From NCBI GenBank assembly GCA_944376605.1, contig CALWDE010000012.1:4360-68359 (forward strand): a stretch of 64,000 nucleotides of DNA, written 5' to 3'. A model generated the notes under the pieces. The model searched no databases. It had not been told where the DNA came from and saw only the letters and a list, made by a program, of their open reading frames with translations. Below are positions 21,332-32,044 of this stretch, one piece after another. The stretch is from an uncultured Bacilli bacterium. Its GTDB lineage: Bacteria > Bacillota_I > Bacilli_A > RFN20 > CAG-826. Position 1 is the stretch's first letter. The number at the start of each line of letters is the position of its first letter. The position numbers and the translations under genes were made by a program.

Positions 21332-22072
21332 ATGCCAGCAAAGAAAAAAGTTGAAGAAACTGTAGCGGAAGAAAAAGTAACCCCCGCAACAAAAAAGAAA
21401 GTAGCCGCCAAAAAGACGACTACCACAAAAAAAGCTTCTCCTGCCAAGAAAGCTGCTCCTAAAGCAGAAACTGCTGAAAAGAGCGCTCCAAAAGCAAAGA
21501 AAGAGACAAAGAAAGCTCCTTCCGCTTTAGAGCAAAACCGTCTTGCAAAGAAGTACCACGAGGAAGTTATCCCTGCTTTGATGAGTAAGCATGGCTACAC
21601 CACTCCTATGGCAGTTCCTCATTTAGAGAAGATTGTCATTAATATTGGTGTTGGTGATAGCGTTTCTAACTCCAAAGCACTCGATGACTCGGTGAATGAT
21701 TTAACAAAAATCTCTGGTCAAAAGCCAGTTGTTACAAGGGCAAAGAAATCCATTGCTTCCTTCCACTTAAGAGAGGGACAGGCGATTGGTTGCAAAGTGA
21801 CACTTCGCGGAGTTCGTATGTACGAATTCTTAGATAAGCTCATCAGCATTTCTTTACCCCGTGTGCGTGATTTCCGTGGCATCTCCCGTAATGGATTTGA
21901 TGGCCATGGTAACTACACCTTAGGCGTGAAAGAACAACTCATCTTCCCAGAAATTGAATACGATAAGACTGGGAAATTACGCGGTATGGACATTGTTATG
22001 GTCACCACCGCCAACAGTGATGAAGAGGCTCTTAGCCTTCTTGAAGGGCTTGGCTTGCCCTTCCGTAAGTAG
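21332..22072 (+). CDS. rplE: 50S ribosomal protein L5 with ~70-aa Ala/Lys-rich (histone H1-like) N-terminal extension
   Basis: ATG 21332 with AAGGAGG 9 nt upstream. Track TTG at 21323 rejected. 246 aa vs ~180. Confidence 0.9.
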   Translation: MPAKKKVEETVAEEKVTPATKKKVAAKKTTTTKKASPAKKAAPKAETAEKSAPKAKKETKKAPSALEQNRLAKKYHEEVIPALMSKHGYTTPMAVPHLEKIVINIGVGDSVSNSKALDDSVNDLTKISGQKPVVTRAKKSIASFHLREGQAIGCKVTLRGVRMYEFLDKLISISLPRVRDFRGISRNGFDGHGNYTLGVKEQLIFPEIEYDKTGKLRGMDIVMVTTANSDEEALSLLEGLGLPFRK

Positions 22073-22084
22073 GAGAGAAACAAT

Positions 22085-22270
22085 ATGGCGAAGAAAAGTC
22101 TTATGAATAAACAAGCACGTCGTCCTAAGTTCTCGACCCGTGCTTACACACGCTGCACCAGATGCGGAAGAGTGCATGGCGTCATCCGTAAATTCGGTCT
22201 CTGCCGTATCTGTCTCAGGGAAATGGCCTATAAAGGTGAAATCCCTGGTATGAAGAAGTCTAGTTGGTAA
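22085..22270 (+). CDS. rpsN: 30S ribosomal protein S14, zinc-ribbon type Z (61 aa)
   Basis: CTRCGR...CRIC C4 ribbon. Confidence 0.95.
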   Translation: MAKKSLMNKQARRPKFSTRAYTRCTRCGRVHGVIRKFGLCRICLREMAYKGEIPGMKKSSW

Positions 22271-22284
22271 GGAAGGAGGAAAAT

Positions 22285-22677
22285 ATGATTGTAGATCCTA
22301 TCAGCGATATGCTGACTCGCATTCGTAACGCGAATGCCTTAAAAAGAGAAAGCGTTACTCTTCCTTCTAGCAAAATGCTCTATAGCATTGCCAGCATTAT
22401 GAAGAAAGAAGGTTATATTGCCGATTGCTCTATCGAAGAGGAAGATGGCAAGAAGAACCTCAAAATTACCTTAAAGTATGGTCCTCGTGGGGAAAAGGTG
22501 ATTACCGATTTAAAGAGAATTTCTAAGCCCGGACTTCGTGTCACGTGCGGAGTAGAAAATCTCCCTCACGTCCCAGGATATGGTATTGCGATTATCTCTA
22601 CCTCCAAAGGCGTCTTAACGGATGCTGAATGCCGCAAGGCAGGGGTAGGCGGAGAAGTCCTCTGCTACGTCTATTAA
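22285..22677 (+). CDS. rpsH: 30S ribosomal protein S8
   Basis: ATG 22285 after GGAAGGAGG. Track start 22264 is an upstream alt codon. Confidence 0.9.
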   Translation: MIVDPISDMLTRIRNANALKRESVTLPSSKMLYSIASIMKKEGYIADCSIEEEDGKKNLKITLKYGPRGEKVITDLKRISKPGLRVTCGVENLPHVPGYGIAIISTSKGVLTDAECRKAGVGGEVLCYVY

Positions 22678-22698
22678 TCAAGGAAAGGAGAAAGAGAC

Positions 22699-23259
22699 AT
22701 GTCTCGTATTGGATTTAAACCCATTCCTCTCCCTGCCGGAGTTACCTATTCTCTTGAGAATCAGGTGCTCACCGTCAAAGGTCCTAAAGGCGAAGTAAGC
22801 ACCCATTTACCTGCTGGTGTCAGCGTCGAGGAAAAAGACGGTACTCTCCATGTCATTCCTAATAATGACTGGGAGAGTAATCCCCAATCTGCTGCTAATC
22901 ACGGCACAAGCGCAGCAATCCTTCATAACGCGATTCATGGCGTTTCCGAAGGATGGAAGAAGGAATTAGAAATTAACGGTACTGGTTATCGTGCATCTAT
23001 GAAAAACGGGGAACTTACCATGTTCCTTGGCTATTCGCACGAAGTCCACGCTAAGCCTATTGGCAAATACACAACCATCACTTGCCCAGACGAAACGCAT
23101 GTGGTGGTGGAAGGAGTAGATAAGTTCGAAGTAGGAGAAACTGCTGCTAGAATTTATAACCTCCGTCGTCCTGACCCTTATGGACAAAAAGGTGTCCACT
23201 ATAAGGGACAACATCTCATTAAGAAGGTCGGTAAGCGCGCCGCTGCCGGTAAGAAGTAA
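22699..23259 (+). CDS. rplF: 50S ribosomal protein L6
   Basis: [15 protein letters not shown]. Confidence 0.95.
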   Translation: MSRIGFKPIPLPAGVTYSLENQVLTVKGPKGEVSTHLPAGVSVEEKDGTLHVIPNNDWESNPQSAANHGTSAAILHNAIHGVSEGWKKELEINGTGYRASMKNGELTMFLGYSHEVHAKPIGKYTTITCPDETHVVVEGVDKFEVGETAARIYNLRRPDPYGQKGVHYKGQHLIKKVGKRAAAGKK

Positions 23260-23270
23260 GGAGTCTCACC

Positions 23271-23627
23271 ATGATCAGGAAAGAATCCAGAAATGTAATG
23301 CGCGAGCGGCGTCACTTAAGAATCCGCGAAAAGATTCACGGAACGGCCACTTGCCCACGTTTGAGCGTATTCCGCTCCAACAAGCATATTAGCTGCCAGC
23401 TTATCGATGATGAGCATGGCGTCACCTTAGCCTCTTCTTCCTCTTTAGCCTTAAAGCTTACAAACGGAGGAAATATCGAGGCCGCAAAACTCGTCGGTAA
23501 AGACATCGCTAAGAAAGCAAAAGCATTAAAAATTGAAGCGGTAGTTTATGATAGAGGCGGTTATATGTATCATGGCCGTGTTGCCGCTTTAGCTGATGCA
23601 GCAAGAGAAGGAGGTCTCCACTTCTAA
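23271..23627 (+). CDS. rplR: 50S ribosomal protein L18
   Basis: Synteny and sequence. Confidence 0.9.
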   Translation: MIRKESRNVMRERRHLRIREKIHGTATCPRLSVFRSNKHISCQLIDDEHGVTLASSSSLALKLTNGGNIEAAKLVGKDIAKKAKALKIEAVVYDRGGYMYHGRVAALADAAREGGLHF

Positions 23628-23638
23628 GGAGTAGTCTT

Positions 23639-24358
23639 ATGGAAGAAAATAAAGTATCTACACCCGCACCTGCTCCCAAGGCGGAAGAAGCGGTAAAAGC
23701 TCGTCCTAGTGGAAACCCCAATTATGAACCAAGAGGCAGCCGTGCTGCTGCTCGTCCTGGTGATAGAAAATATGGCGATAGACGCGGACGTCCTTCCGAA
23801 AGAAGAGGCGGACGCGGAGGATTCCGTAGAGAAGAGGACAACGTTCAAGATAGAGTTGTCGATATCAACCGCATTTCTCGTACAGAAAGCGGCGGAAAGC
23901 ACATGCGTTTTGATACCTTAGTGGTTGTTGGTGATCAAAATGGACATTATGGCTTTGCTCTTAGAAAGAGCGGCGAAGTGCCAGATGCCATTAAGAAATC
24001 TGTCGCTCAAGCAAAGAAGCGCTTATATTCCATCCGCATCCGTAAAGGTACCATTGCTCATGAAGTTGTGGGACATTATGAGAAGACAACCGTCATCTTA
24101 CGTCCTGCTCCAGAAGGAAAGGGAATTGTTGGTGGCGGCGCAACACGTGCTATCTTAGAGCTTGCTGGCGTGAAAAACGTCGTTTGTAAGATCTTAGGAA
24201 GCAGAACTCCTATTAATGTTGTTCGTGCTACCCATGATGCCTTATCGCAATTAAAAGACTATAAGACTGTTATGGTCTTAAGAGGTCTTAAGAAGGAAGA
24301 AGATTTCCGTCCTGCTAAAAAAGAGGAAGTCTTAGAAGGAGGAAAAGCCAATGGCTAA
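23639..24358 (+). CDS. rpsE: 30S ribosomal protein S5 with ~75-aa Arg/Gly-rich N-terminal extension and C-terminal tail
   Basis: 239 aa vs ~166. Core [28 protein letters not shown]. Confidence 0.9.
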   Translation: MEENKVSTPAPAPKAEEAVKARPSGNPNYEPRGSRAAARPGDRKYGDRRGRPSERRGGRGGFRREEDNVQDRVVDINRISRTESGGKHMRFDTLVVVGDQNGHYGFALRKSGEVPDAIKKSVAQAKKRLYSIRIRKGTIAHEVVGHYEKTTVILRPAPEGKGIVGGGATRAILELAGVKNVVCKILGSRTPINVVRATHDALSQLKDYKTVMVLRGLKKEEDFRPAKKEEVLEGGKANG

Positions 24359-24797
24359 GAATCTCCACACCTTATCCGTTCATCCAGGTTCTCAAACCGA
24401 GCACTTCCGTAAAGGACAAGGAAGAGGAACAGGAAACGGAAAGACCGCAGGACGCGGTCAAAAGGGACAAGGCGCCCATAGCCACACCAAGAAGCGTGAT
24501 TTCGAGGGTGGCCAAATGCCTTTAATTCGTCGTATTCCAAAGTTTGGTTTCAAAAATTTCTCTCGTTCGGAGTATTCCCCCGTTAATATCGAGGTTTTAA
24601 ACCGCTTTGAGGATGGCACAGAAGTCACTCCAACCTTATTAATTTCAACTGGAGTGGTGAAAGATGCCAAAGACGGGATTAAAATCCTCGGCAGGGGCCA
24701 ACTTGAGCGCAAGCTCACTGTGAAGGCACATGCCTTCTCAAAATCTGCCTCTGCTGCTATTACTGCAGCTGGGGGAACTGCTGAGGTTATAAAATAA
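24351..24797 (+). CDS. rplO: 50S ribosomal protein L15 (follows S5 directly; no rpmD/L30 gene in between)
   Basis: Synteny. S5 stop overlaps L15 start. Confidence 0.9.
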   Translation: MAKNLHTLSVHPGSQTEHFRKGQGRGTGNGKTAGRGQKGQGAHSHTKKRDFEGGQMPLIRRIPKFGFKNFSRSEYSPVNIEVLNRFEDGTEVTPTLLISTGVVKDAKDGIKILGRGQLERKLTVKAHAFSKSASAAITAAGGTAEVIK

Positions 24798-26155
24798 TGA
24801 AAAAGCTCGCCGCGATCTTTAAGAACAAAGAAATCGTTAATCGAATTTTCTTCACGATCATGGTTCTCTTCGTCATCCGGATCGGGGCGGCCATCACCGT
24901 GCCTGGGGTCAGTGTAAGCCAAGAGTTAAACGAGTTAATGAATTCGGGTAACTCTTTAGCCCTAATGGATTTATTAGGGGGAGGTGCCTTGAGTAATTTC
25001 TCGATTTTTGCTCTAGGTGTTTCTCCTTACATCACCTCACAAATTATTATTCAACTTCTCTCGAAAAACGTTCTTCCTGCCTTAACTGAGTTATCCAAAC
25101 AAGGGGAATATGGTAGGAAGAAAATCGAGATGGCAACCCGTTATCTCACCTTGCTACTTGGTGCGGTACAAGCTTATGGCATTATCCGCACGATGATTAA
25201 TAGTTCCTATATCTCCCTAAATTTAGAAGATAATTTCTGGACTTATGCTTATATCATCACCATTCTCCTAGCGGGAGCAATGTTAACGATGTGGCTTGGT
25301 GACCAAATTACGGAAAAGGGTCTTGGAAACGGTATTTCTATGATCATTTTCGCGGGCTGTGTAAGAAGTCTTCCTACGCAAATTACCACCGCATGGGATA
25401 AATGGATCACGGGTAATGTTGCCCATGGTTCTGGCGAAATGGTACAAGGGGCCTTCCAGTTTGCCATTTATATTCTTGCCTTCCTTCTCATTATTGGGTT
25501 TGTGGTATTCATCGAAACCTCGAGAAGAAAGATTCCTGTACAAAATGCAGGGAAAGGCGGTTCCACCGCTTCGATGGCAAGAGCAAGCTTCTTACCAATT
25601 AAGTTGAATTCGGCTGGTGTTATCCCTGTTATCTTTGCAGCTTCTTTAATGAGTGCGCCTGCTATTATTGCTGGCTTTATCTCCGCGGACGCTGCAAATG
25701 CCGAATGGCTCCAAATCTTTAATTACAACGCAACCTTCACAATGCCGTGGTTTGATGGAAGCCACTGGGAGATGAACTGGGGCTTATTCATTTATGTAGC
25801 CCTAATTATCGCCTTCAGCTTCTTCTACGCGCAGATGTCGATTGATCCTGAAAAACTTGCGGACAACTTCCAAAAGAATGGTTCTTACATTCCGGGCGTG
25901 CGTCCGGGCAAAGAGACAGAACGCTATGTGGGCAAGGTGTTAAACCGCGTTACCTTCATGGGTTCTATTGCTCTAGCTGCTATTGCCGCCTTACCAATTA
26001 TTCTTACTTGGGCAAATGTATTTGGCAGCGACACCTCGCTTGCTATCGGCGGAACTGGATTAATCATTATTGTTGGTGTTGCAATTGAGCTTAACAATCA
26101 AATTGATGGTTTACTTGCAGGAAAGAGCCACGAAAGGGCTCGGGAAGGAATCTAG
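24797..26155 (+). CDS. secY: preprotein translocase subunit SecY
   Basis: 10-TM protein in conserved position. Confidence 0.95.
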   Translation: MKKLAAIFKNKEIVNRIFFTIMVLFVIRIGAAITVPGVSVSQELNELMNSGNSLALMDLLGGGALSNFSIFALGVSPYITSQIIIQLLSKNVLPALTELSKQGEYGRKKIEMATRYLTLLLGAVQAYGIIRTMINSSYISLNLEDNFWTYAYIITILLAGAMLTMWLGDQITEKGLGNGISMIIFAGCVRSLPTQITTAWDKWITGNVAHGSGEMVQGAFQFAIYILAFLLIIGFVVFIETSRRKIPVQNAGKGGSTASMARASFLPIKLNSAGVIPVIFAASLMSAPAIIAGFISADAANAEWLQIFNYNATFTMPWFDGSHWEMNWGLFIYVALIIAFSFFYAQMSIDPEKLADNFQKNGSYIPGVRPGKETERYVGKVLNRVTFMGSIALAAIAALPIILTWANVFGSDTSLAIGGTGLIIIVGVAIELNNQIDGLLAGKSHERAREGI

Positions 26156-26157
26156 AT

Positions 26158-26811
26158 ATGCTAAATATCATTCTGATGGGCCCTCCTGGGGCAGGAAAAG
26201 GAACCGCAGCTACATGGATTAAGGAAGACTTCTCTCTTCCTCATATCTCTACTGGCGATATGTTCCGTGAAGCGATGGCTTCTAATTCTCCTCTTGGTAA
26301 GCAAATCAAAGATATCGTTGATAATGGGGGACTGGTGAACGACGAGTTAACTTGTGCCCTCGTAAAAGAAAGACTTTCGCGCAAAGACTGTCAGAATGGC
26401 TATCTCTTAGATGGCTTTCCGCGCACAGAAGCCCAAGCGGAAGCCTTAAAGAAAATGGGAGAAGAGATTGGTCGCCCAGTAACTCTTGCGATTAATCTTA
26501 CTTGCCCAGATGAGGTTCTCATCTCTCGCGTTACCACACGCAGAGTATGTCCCAAATGTGGAGCCTCTTATAACGTGATCACTCTTAAACCGTTAAAAGA
26601 AGGGATTTGCGATCATTGCGGATCTGCTCTTATTCAACGGAAAGATGATAATGAAGCCTCCTTCAAGGTTCGCTTAGAGAACTACTATAGAAGCACTGCT
26701 CCTCTTCTTGATTATTATAAGAAAGAGGGCTTACTCCATGAGTTTGATGGCACCTTGTCTATGTCGAATTTGAAGGTAGAAATTTCTGCCTTCTTGAGGT
26801 CCTACCTTTGA
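26158..26811 (+). CDS. adk: adenylate kinase (zinc-lid type)
   Basis: GPPGAGKGT P-loop. CPKCG...CDHCG lid. Confidence 0.95.
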   Translation: MLNIILMGPPGAGKGTAATWIKEDFSLPHISTGDMFREAMASNSPLGKQIKDIVDNGGLVNDELTCALVKERLSRKDCQNGYLLDGFPRTEAQAEALKKMGEEIGRPVTLAINLTCPDEVLISRVTTRRVCPKCGASYNVITLKPLKEGICDHCGSALIQRKDDNEASFKVRLENYYRSTAPLLDYYKKEGLLHEFDGTLSMSNLKVEISAFLRSYL

Positions 26812-27581
26812 TTGAGATTAAAAGCAAGCGAGAGATTCACCTCATGGAAGAGGCAGGATCTCTGCTTGCTCATGTCTTTGATGAGTTAGAACCCCATATT
26901 CGACCTGGAGTTTCTACCTTAACTCTTTCTCTTCTTGCAGAAAAAATCATCTCAGAAGGGGGAGGAGTTGCTGCAGAGAAAGGCTACGCAGGTTATCCTG
27001 CTGCCATCTGCGCTTCTGTGAATGAAGTCCTAGTTCATGGAATACCTTCTGCCAAAACTATCCTGAAAGATGGGGATGTGGTCTCACTTGATATTGTTGT
27101 AAAAAAGAACGGTTATCATGCTGATGCCTGCCGGACGTATCTTGTAGGAATTGGTAATGAAGAAAAAGAAAAGTTTATCGCTGTGACTCGACAAGCTTTC
27201 TTCGAAGGACTAAAGATGGTGAAAGAAGGGAATCATCTTGGAGACGTATCCGCAGCCATTCAAAGCTATGTGGAAGGACACGGATATTCTCTCACAAGAG
27301 AATTCTCAGGCCACGGGATTGGGAGAGAGATGCACGAAGATCCTTCTATCCTCAATGTAGGAGAAAAAGGAACAGGACCTCTTCTAAAAGAGGGCATGGC
27401 TCTTGCCATTGAACCTATGGTGCTCATGGGTTCTCCTGCCGTTAGGACACTGAAAGACGGCTGGACAACTGTGAGCAAGGACGGGAAGATTACCGCCCAC
27501 TATGAAAACACCGTAATCGTCACAAAAGATGGCGCTAACGTCATCACATTACAAGATAAGGAGAGAAAGGTGCATGAGTAA
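26808..27581 (+). CDS. map: type I methionine aminopeptidase
   Basis: TTG start overlapping adk stop. Metal-ligand blocks. Confidence 0.9.
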   Translation: MIEIKSKREIHLMEEAGSLLAHVFDELEPHIRPGVSTLTLSLLAEKIISEGGGVAAEKGYAGYPAAICASVNEVLVHGIPSAKTILKDGDVVSLDIVVKKNGYHADACRTYLVGIGNEEKEKFIAVTRQAFFEGLKMVKEGNHLGDVSAAIQSYVEGHGYSLTREFSGHGIGREMHEDPSILNVGEKGTGPLLKEGMALAIEPMVLMGSPAVRTLKDGWTTVSKDGKITAHYENTVIVTKDGANVITLQDKERKVHE

Positions 27582-27795
27582 AAAAGACTGCATCGAAATG
27601 GACGCCACCGTTTTAGAAAGTTTACCGAATGCTAATTTCCGCGTAAAACTTGCTAACGGAGTTGTGATCACCGCCTGCGTCTCGGGAAAAATCCGGATGC
27701 ATTACATCCGCATTCTCCCCGGTGATAAGGTCACCGTTCAATTCTCCCCTTATGATTTAGAACACGGGCGCATTAGTTTCAGACAAAGGAACTAG
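27574..27795 (+). CDS. infA: translation initiation factor IF-1
   Basis: [29 protein letters not shown]. Confidence 0.9.
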   Translation: MSKKDCIEMDATVLESLPNANFRVKLANGVVITACVSGKIRMHYIRILPGDKVTVQFSPYDLEHGRISFRQRN

Positions 27796-27816
27796 TCTGA
27801 AGAAGGAGTGAAGCAA

Positions 27817-27930
27817 ATGAAAGTAAGACCATCGGTCAAACCCATCTGCGACAAGTGCAAGGTGATTCGCCGGCACGGTGTTGTAATGGTCATCTGCAGC
27901 AACCCCAAGCATAAGCAACGTCAGGGTTGA
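27817..27930 (+). CDS. rpmJ: 50S ribosomal protein L36
   Basis: [37 protein letters not shown]. Below ORF-track length cutoff. Confidence 0.9.
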   Translation: MKVRPSVKPICDKCKVIRRHGVVMVICSNPKHKQRQG

Positions 27931-27948
27931 GAAAGGGAAGTATCGTAA

Positions 27949-28329
27949 ATGGCAATGACTCGTATTGCAGGTGTCGATATTCCTGCAGATAAACAAGTGT
28001 GGGTATCTTTAACCTACATCTATGGAATCGGAAGAACTCTCGCACACAAGATTTGTAGAGATGCGAAAGTGGAAGAAACCATTCGCGTAAAAGATCTTAC
28101 GGATGAACAAATGGTCGCTATCCGTGGAGAAGTAGCGAAATACAAAACAGAAGGTGATTTAAGAAGAGAGGTCGCCTTCAACATTAAGCGACTCACAGAT
28201 ATTGGCTGCTATCGCGGCATTCGTCATAGAAAAGGACTTCCAGTCCGCGGTCAAAGAACAAAGACCAACTCGAGAACTCGTAAGGGTAAGAGAAAGACGA
28301 TTGCCAATAAGAAGGAAGCCACTAGGTAA
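27949..28329 (+). CDS. rpsM: 30S ribosomal protein S13
   Basis: [12 protein letters not shown]. Confidence 0.95.
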   Translation: MAMTRIAGVDIPADKQVWVSLTYIYGIGRTLAHKICRDAKVEETIRVKDLTDEQMVAIRGEVAKYKTEGDLRREVAFNIKRLTDIGCYRGIRHRKGLPVRGQRTKTNSRTRKGKRKTIANKKEATR

Positions 28330-28340
28330 GGAGGTCTTTT

Positions 28341-28757
28341 ATGGCAGAGAAGAAGAAAACAGCCACTAAAGGCAAGACGGGTGCAACCCGTAAGAAAAAG
28401 GTTAAGCGCAACTTTACAGATGCGATTGCCTTCATTACCTCCTCCAATAACAACACCATCGTCACTGTCACAGATAAGCAAGGCAACGTCCTTACTTGGT
28501 CTGCGGCTGGTGCGTTAGGATACAAAGGGGCAAAGAAATCCACTCCTTACGCGGCAAGCCAAGTTGCTGAAAGCGCAGGGTCGAAAGCTTATGACCAAGG
28601 AATTCGTAATGTGGATGTCCGTGTACGCGGAGTTGGTCCTGGAAGAGAAGGTGCTTTACGCGGTTTAATCACTGCGAAACTTCAAATCCTCTCAATTGAA
28701 GACGTTACCCCAATTCCTCACAATGGATGCCGCCCACCAAAAAGGCGTCGTGGATAG
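28341..28757 (+). CDS. rpsK: 30S ribosomal protein S11
   Basis: Synteny and sequence. Confidence 0.95.
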   Translation: MAEKKKTATKGKTGATRKKKVKRNFTDAIAFITSSNNNTIVTVTDKQGNVLTWSAAGALGYKGAKKSTPYAASQVAESAGSKAYDQGIRNVDVRVRGVGPGREGALRGLITAKLQILSIEDVTPIPHNGCRPPKRRRG

Positions 28758-28784
28758 TCGATAAAAGAGAGGAGCATTTCACAA

Positions 28785-29777
28785 ATGGCAAATACCGAAA
28801 ATAAAGAAGTACTTATCGCAAAACCTTTCCAGCACTTTAATATCGAAGTCAAACCAGACTTAGAAAATAATTATGCTCGCTTCGTGATTGAACCCTTAGA
28901 AAGAGGGTTTGGTCAAACCATTGGAAACGCCTTACGGCGTGTGCTCCTGTCTGCCCTTCCTGGCATTTCTGTTTATGCTGTGGAAATTGAAGGGGTAAGA
29001 CACGAATTCAGTGCGATTTCTGGCATTGAAGAAGATGTTACCTCAATCGTCTTAAATCTTAAGGATCTTGTTCTTCGCTATTTAGATGATGGAACCGATT
29101 CCCGCAGAATTGATGTTGATGTAACTGGTCCTGCTACTTTAAAAGGCGGCGACCTTATTTGTCCAGCTCTTACCGAAGTTGTTAACAAAGACTTAGAGAT
29201 TGCGCATTTAAAAGAAGGTGCCCATCTTAAAATGTCTATTTATGTTGGCGCTGGAAGAGGCTATGTCACAAGCGAACAAAATAAGATTGACCGCAAGGTT
29301 GATCACGTTGGAGTGATTACTACAGATAGTAGTTTCTCTCCTATTCGCAAGGTAGGTTACCACGTAGAACCTGCCCGTGTTGGTCACGATTCTCACTTCG
29401 ATTCGTTAGAGCTTGAAGTGACAACCAATGGTTCGATTTCTCCAAGCACGGCAGTTGCCTATGCTGCCCAAATCTTGAACAGTCAATTCCAGAAGTTCTT
29501 AGATTTAGATAGCAAGGCTGCCAATATCCGTACGGAAGAAGACGAAGTCCAAAAGGAAGAGAACAAGTATCAAGATATGCTAATCGAAGAACTTGATCTC
29601 TCCGTTAGAAGCAATAACTGCCTTAAGAGAGCGGGTATTTCTACTGTCTTAGAACTCACACAAAAGAGTGAAGAAGACATGATGAAAGTCCGTAACCTTG
29701 GCAAGAAGTCCCTCAAAGAAGTGAAAGATAAGCTCGCTGAGCTTGGTCTCCACTTCCGCGACTACTTAGGAGATTAA
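28785..29777 (+). CDS. rpoA: DNA-directed RNA polymerase alpha subunit
   Basis: Synteny and sequence. Confidence 0.95.
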   Translation: MANTENKEVLIAKPFQHFNIEVKPDLENNYARFVIEPLERGFGQTIGNALRRVLLSALPGISVYAVEIEGVRHEFSAISGIEEDVTSIVLNLKDLVLRYLDDGTDSRRIDVDVTGPATLKGGDLICPALTEVVNKDLEIAHLKEGAHLKMSIYVGAGRGYVTSEQNKIDRKVDHVGVITTDSSFSPIRKVGYHVEPARVGHDSHFDSLELEVTTNGSISPSTAVAYAAQILNSQFQKFLDLDSKAANIRTEEDEVQKEENKYQDMLIEELDLSVRSNNCLKRAGISTVLELTQKSEEDMMKVRNLGKKSLKEVKDKLAELGLHFRDYLGD

Positions 29778-29782
29778 TAATT

Positions 29783-30181
29783 ATGGCATCTCAAGGAAGA
29801 AAAAATGTTCATGGTAAGGCCGGTGTTCGTTTTAAAGCCGGTTGGACCGCTTCAAAAGAATGGAGCATGATTCGTAATCACGTCAGCGAACTTATTGTTC
29901 ATGGCGAAATTCGTGTTCCTTCTGGAGTGGTGAAAGAACTTGTCAGCGAAACAGAACACTGTATCACCCTTGCAAAGAAAGGCGATTTAGCATCGCGTAG
30001 AGAAGCAGCTAAAATTGTCCGTGAATCTATTTGCAAAGATGGCGTGAGCTGCTTAAAGGTTCTCTTTGATGAACTTGGACCTCGCTATAAGGATCGTCAA
30101 GGTGGTTACACCCAAACCTTCAAGCTTGGTGCAAGAAGAGGCGATAACGCTGAAATTGTTCTTGTCCGCTTTGTGGACTAA
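29783..30181 (+). CDS. rplQ: 50S ribosomal protein L17
   Basis: Synteny and sequence. Confidence 0.95.
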   Translation: MASQGRKNVHGKAGVRFKAGWTASKEWSMIRNHVSELIVHGEIRVPSGVVKELVSETEHCITLAKKGDLASRREAAKIVRESICKDGVSCLKVLFDELGPRYKDRQGGYTQTFKLGARRGDNAEIVLVRFVD

Positions 30182-30198
30182 TTTTTGAAAACAAGAGA

Positions 30199-30226
30199 AG
30201 CGCCCATCATGGGCGTTTTTCTTTTT
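30199..30226 (+). terminator. rho-independent terminator of the r-protein superoperon
   Basis: CGCCCA-tca-TGGGCG + TTTTTCTTTTT. Confidence 0.8.
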
Positions 30227-30234
30227 CTTTAAGT

Positions 30235-30252
30235 GACTTTTGCAGGGATTTT
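30235..30252 (-). repeat. copy 1 (inverted) of 18-nt intergenic motif AAAAWCCCTGCAAAAGTC
   Basis: rc reads AAAATCCCTGCAAAAGTC, 17/18 identical to copy at 43266-43283. Confidence 0.6.
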
Positions 30253-30326
30253 GAAAGAAGAAATAATTCACTCTTCACAAGAAGAGACAAAAGTTTTATT
30301 TTCCTCACTAGGAGAAAAAGCAAGTT

Positions 30327-31847
30327 ATGAAAGAATACTTCAATAAAATCATCCATTCTCCCTCAAAACATTTGCTCTTTCTTTGTCTTTTTTCTCTTCT
30401 CTTATCCGCTTTATTTGTCACATTAAATGCCTATGCGGTTTCTCCTTTGTATAACCAGGCGAATTTGCTCTCCTATGATTCTCCCTACTTCACTTTAATG
30501 GGGAATAAGATGTTAGAAGAAGGAGCAATTCCTTATGTGGATTTTTATGATATTAAAGGGCCTTATTTATTTTATTTAGAAGAGTTTTTCTGTCTCATTC
30601 ATCCCTTTTATGGCGCTTATATAGGTCAGATCTTTTTTAGCGCGCTTAGTATTTTCTTTCTTATTTTGGCACTCGATAAATTAGAGATATCTTTTAAGAA
30701 GAAGCTTGTTTTATTTAGTGTTTACATGATCTTCGCTTTTGCTTTTATGGAAGGAAATGTCGCGGAAGATTTATTTTTATTTATCCCTAGCTTAAGTTTT
30801 TATCTCTTTTTGCTCATACGTGAGAAACCTTCTTACCCAAGATTTCTTCTTTTTGGTTTTGTAGAAGGTGCTTTGACAGGCTTTCTTCTTTTTGTGAAGA
30901 TGAATCTTCTTGTCTTCCCGGGTTTACTTTTATGCATGCTTCTTTATTACTCTTTGAAGGAGAGAAGCTTAGGGAAGTGTTTTTCTTTTCTCACTTTAGC
31001 GCTTATTGGCTTTTTACTTTTTGTTTTACCTCCTATTGTCTTTTATGCCTCTCTTGGGGAGCTTGACGCTTTAATGGAGTGGAATTTTATCCGGGAGTTT
31101 GCCTATTTAGGGACACATAGCTGGGAGATAGAAAGAATTTTTGTTTATATTATTTCTCTTGCTCTTTTCCTTTTCTTCGTCCTCTTTTTCTTTTTTAAAA
31201 GAAAGAATTTTCCAAAAGAGGATATTGGTATTGCTCTTTTTTGTTTAAGCGTCGAGACACTTCTAGCGCTTCTTTCTTTCGTTTCGATGCGCCACTTAAG
31301 AATTGCCTTACCTTTATTTATCGCTTTGAGCGTTTTCCCTCTTTCTCTATTAAAGGAGGAAAAGAAAGGAGTCCGTATCTCACTAAACGTGTCCGCGCTA
31401 TTTGCTTATCCTTTTCTTGTGATTTGCTGTATTGGTTTTCTTTCTTACACCTATGTTACAGTGACACGCGCAGGAGACTGGGTAAATGACGCTTTAGAAG
31501 GCATTTCTTTAGCAATCTCTGAGGAAGAGAGAGAAGAAGGAAGCGTTTTAGCAATCGATATGCCGTGCGGAGTCTATTTTGAGCTCGATGTTTTGCCGGA
31601 ATTTGTTTATCCTGGTTATCACTCGATTCACGCGGTGGAATATGTGCCTGAAATGATGGATTTAGTGACTGCCTACATAAAAGAAGAAGCAACTTGGGTA
31701 TTGGTGAATGACGCTCCATATGAGCATCCTGAAGTCACTCCTATCTATAAGCAAGCAGAGTTTCAAGAGGCTTTAGAAGAAGCAAATTTTGTTTTAAGAG
31801 AAGACTTAACCTATTACGGGTTATGTCTAGTTTACGAAAAGGTGTAA
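30327..31847 (+). CDS. polytopic membrane protein with C-terminal soluble domain, function unknown (possibly a glycosyltransferase-like/ArnT-type membrane enzyme)
   Basis: 506 aa, about 12 TM helices, acidic C-terminal domain. No recognisable motif. Confidence 0.45.
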   Translation: MKEYFNKIIHSPSKHLLFLCLFSLLLSALFVTLNAYAVSPLYNQANLLSYDSPYFTLMGNKMLEEGAIPYVDFYDIKGPYLFYLEEFFCLIHPFYGAYIGQIFFSALSIFFLILALDKLEISFKKKLVLFSVYMIFAFAFMEGNVAEDLFLFIPSLSFYLFLLIREKPSYPRFLLFGFVEGALTGFLLFVKMNLLVFPGLLLCMLLYYSLKERSLGKCFSFLTLALIGFLLFVLPPIVFYASLGELDALMEWNFIREFAYLGTHSWEIERIFVYIISLALFLFFVLFFFFKRKNFPKEDIGIALFCLSVETLLALLSFVSMRHLRIALPLFIALSVFPLSLLKEEKKGVRISLNVSALFAYPFLVICCIGFLSYTYVTVTRAGDWVNDALEGISLAISEEEREEGSVLAIDMPCGVYFELDVLPEFVYPGYHSIHAVEYVPEMMDLVTAYIKEEATWVLVNDAPYEHPEVTPIYKQAEFQEALEEANFVLREDLTYYGLCLVYEKV

Positions 31848-31864
31848 TCGATGTTTTTCTAATC

Positions 31865-31901
31865 ACCTCCTTAACTAGATATAGGGAGGTATTTTGTTTT
31901 T
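31865..31901 (+). terminator. rho-independent terminator
   Basis: ACCTCC-n14-GGAGGT + TTTTGTTTTT. Confidence 0.55.
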
Positions 31902-31968
31902 GTCCCTTTCTCTCTTTTTATAAGACAAGATTTTCTTTTTTCTTTCTTTCGCTTCCTTTAATATTAGC

Positions 31969-32012
31969 CCCAGACAGTTCGTGACCATCCTGTCTTTAAA
32001 CAAAACTAGGGA
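31969..32012 (+). ncRNA. preQ1-I riboswitch (queuosine-precursor sensing) in 5' leader of the YhhQ-like transporter gene
   Basis: CAGACAG-UUCGUGACCAUC-CUGUCU-UUAAACAAAACUAGGG. This is a 6-7-bp stem with a 12-nt loop starting UUC, then an A-rich tail ending AAAACUAGGG. Same architecture as the B. subtilis queC (AGAGG-UUCUAGCUACAC-CCUCU-AUAAAAAACUAAGG) and T. tengcongensis aptamers. Confidence 0.7.
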
Positions 32013-32044
32013 AATGGGCGCGAGGAAAGGTGTCATTTCCCTAT

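Noticed and set aside
20271-21392. Minus-strand ORFs 20271-20630 and 20985-21392
   Set aside because: Antisense to rpsQ, rplN and rplX. Spurious shadow ORFs.
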